IMG/VR virus record: IMGVR_UViG_3300045821_000013
Coordinates: 1,027 to 65,026 of that record
From: a virus
Taxonomy: Duplodnaviria > Caudoviricetes
DNA: 64,000 nt
Direction: 5' to 3' (one strand)
Shown: piece after piece, positions 63,234-64,000 of the stretch
Position numbering within the stretch: position 1 is the stretch's first letter
Layout: each line of letters begins with the position of its first letter
The notes under the pieces: generated by a model
Seen by the model: only the letters and a program-made list of their open reading frames with translations
Told to the model about the DNA's origin: nothing
Database searches by the model: none
Program-made: the position numbers and the translations under genes

Positions 63234-64000
63234 TTATGAGTAGGGGCTGAACCGCTCGTTCTCGCGGAATGGATTGTAATCTTCCTCACGGCGCGGAGCT
63301 TGGCGAATAATGCTCTTTGCCGCGACCGGGTGCGCGAATGTCAGGATGCAGGAATCGAATTCGTCGGGAGAACAGCCAATATTTTTTTTGACGATTTCCT
63401 TCGGTTCGAGCAGGAGCTTGTCCTTCTGGAACGAATAGGTTGTCATCGTCAGCGCATCGAGCAATTCCTTGGAAAAAGGCAGAGCGCCGCCGCGCTTGAT
63501 CCAATTGACGAATTCAAAAGCCATTTCGGCGCGCTTGTTGAAATATCGCGCCTTGTTCGAGGCTTCCTGTGAAAAATTGATGCCTACAGGCGTTTTGCCG
63601 AGCAGGCGGAGCTGGTCCTCCCATCCGGAGCCATAGCCGCCGGTCGCATCGAGGAAGCAGGCGTCCGCGCCCCATTCATCCCAAATCCTCGCCGTATGGC
63701 CTGCGCCCTGCGTCGAATCCAAGTTCCTGAACTTGTGCAGCGGCATCATCTGGATGCCCTGCCTCGGCGCGATCGAGGAAGCATCGTCCCCGAACCGCGC
63801 CACATCGACGCCAAGGATTTTCGGAGCCTGGCCGATTTCATGAGCGCGGTAATAGCGTTTCATGGACTCGCGAACTTCATCCTCGCCAATCAGGGCATTG
63901 AACGATGTCGGCGGAAACCGGCCAAGGATGGAAACCATCACATAGGGGTTGTCGCGGCCCCACAAATCAATCTGTTCCTGCGCATGTTCGACGGAGACGC
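63234..64000 (-). CDS. terL: Terminase large subunit, C-terminal nuclease domain (enters from the window end)
   Basis: Frame open to 64000: VSVEHAQEQIDLWGRDNP...ILGVDVARFGDD...FLDATGGYG...YFNKRAEM...SPDEFDS. Confidence 0.92.
   Translation of the reverse strand, partial: VSVEHAQEQIDLWGRDNPYVMVSILGRFPPTSFNALIGEDEVRESMKRYYRAHEIGQAPKILGVDVARFGDDASSIAPRQGIQMMPLHKFRNLDSTQGAGHTARIWDEWGADACFLDATGGYGSGWEDQLRLLGKTPVGINFSQEASNKARYFNKRAEMAFEFVNWIKRGGALPFSKELLDALTMTTYSFQKDKLLLEPKEIVKKNIGCSPDEFDSCILTFAHPVAAKSIIRQAPRREEDYNPFRENERFSPYS

Larger units (their letters stand above)
1..64000. mobile_element. Near-complete circularly permuted genome of a podovirus-like tailed phage
   Basis: Full set of packaging, head, short-tail, ejection, lysis, replication and recombination genes; no host housekeeping genes; terL split across the two window ends. 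Confidence 0.95.

Overview
The window is almost certainly a nearly complete, circularly permuted genome (about 64.0 kb) of a GC-rich, short-tailed dsDNA phage. The host is probably an alphaproteobacterium (inference). The large terminase gene runs off position 1 and continues in frame-compatible sequence at position 64000. Modules on the minus strand: packaging (terS and terL separated by about 3.7 kb of accessory ORFs); a replication and modification operon (Cro-like HTH, DUF2303, adenine MTase, truncated two-frame cytosine MTase, replication initiator, intein-containing SF2 helicase, PAPS-reductase-like protein, primase); lysis; and a BPP-1/T7-like morphogenesis block. That block has a portal, scaffold, major capsid protein, cement, three paralogous tail adaptors, a nozzle, ejection proteins, and a 4548-aa DarB-like polyvalent protein. 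Plus-strand modules: a small-ORF early operon (6.5-8.1 kb), a recombination operon with an ERF annealase (19.1-22.7 kb), an HNH-AP2 homing endonuclease and a small HTH island. I saw no integrase, CI repressor, DNA or RNA polymerase, reverse transcriptase, CRISPR array or canonical tRNA. Most notable signals: three fibre-like, Cys-paired proteins with Sec signal peptides in the virion module; a 63-nt anticodon-less tRNA-like cloverleaf ending in ACCA next to a 30-bp-repeat-flanked gene; a putative antisense RNA plus leader-peptide switch at the head of a translationally coupled replication cascade; and the giant injected MTase-helicase-peptidase protein. All family assignments come from motif recognition by eye, not from database searches.
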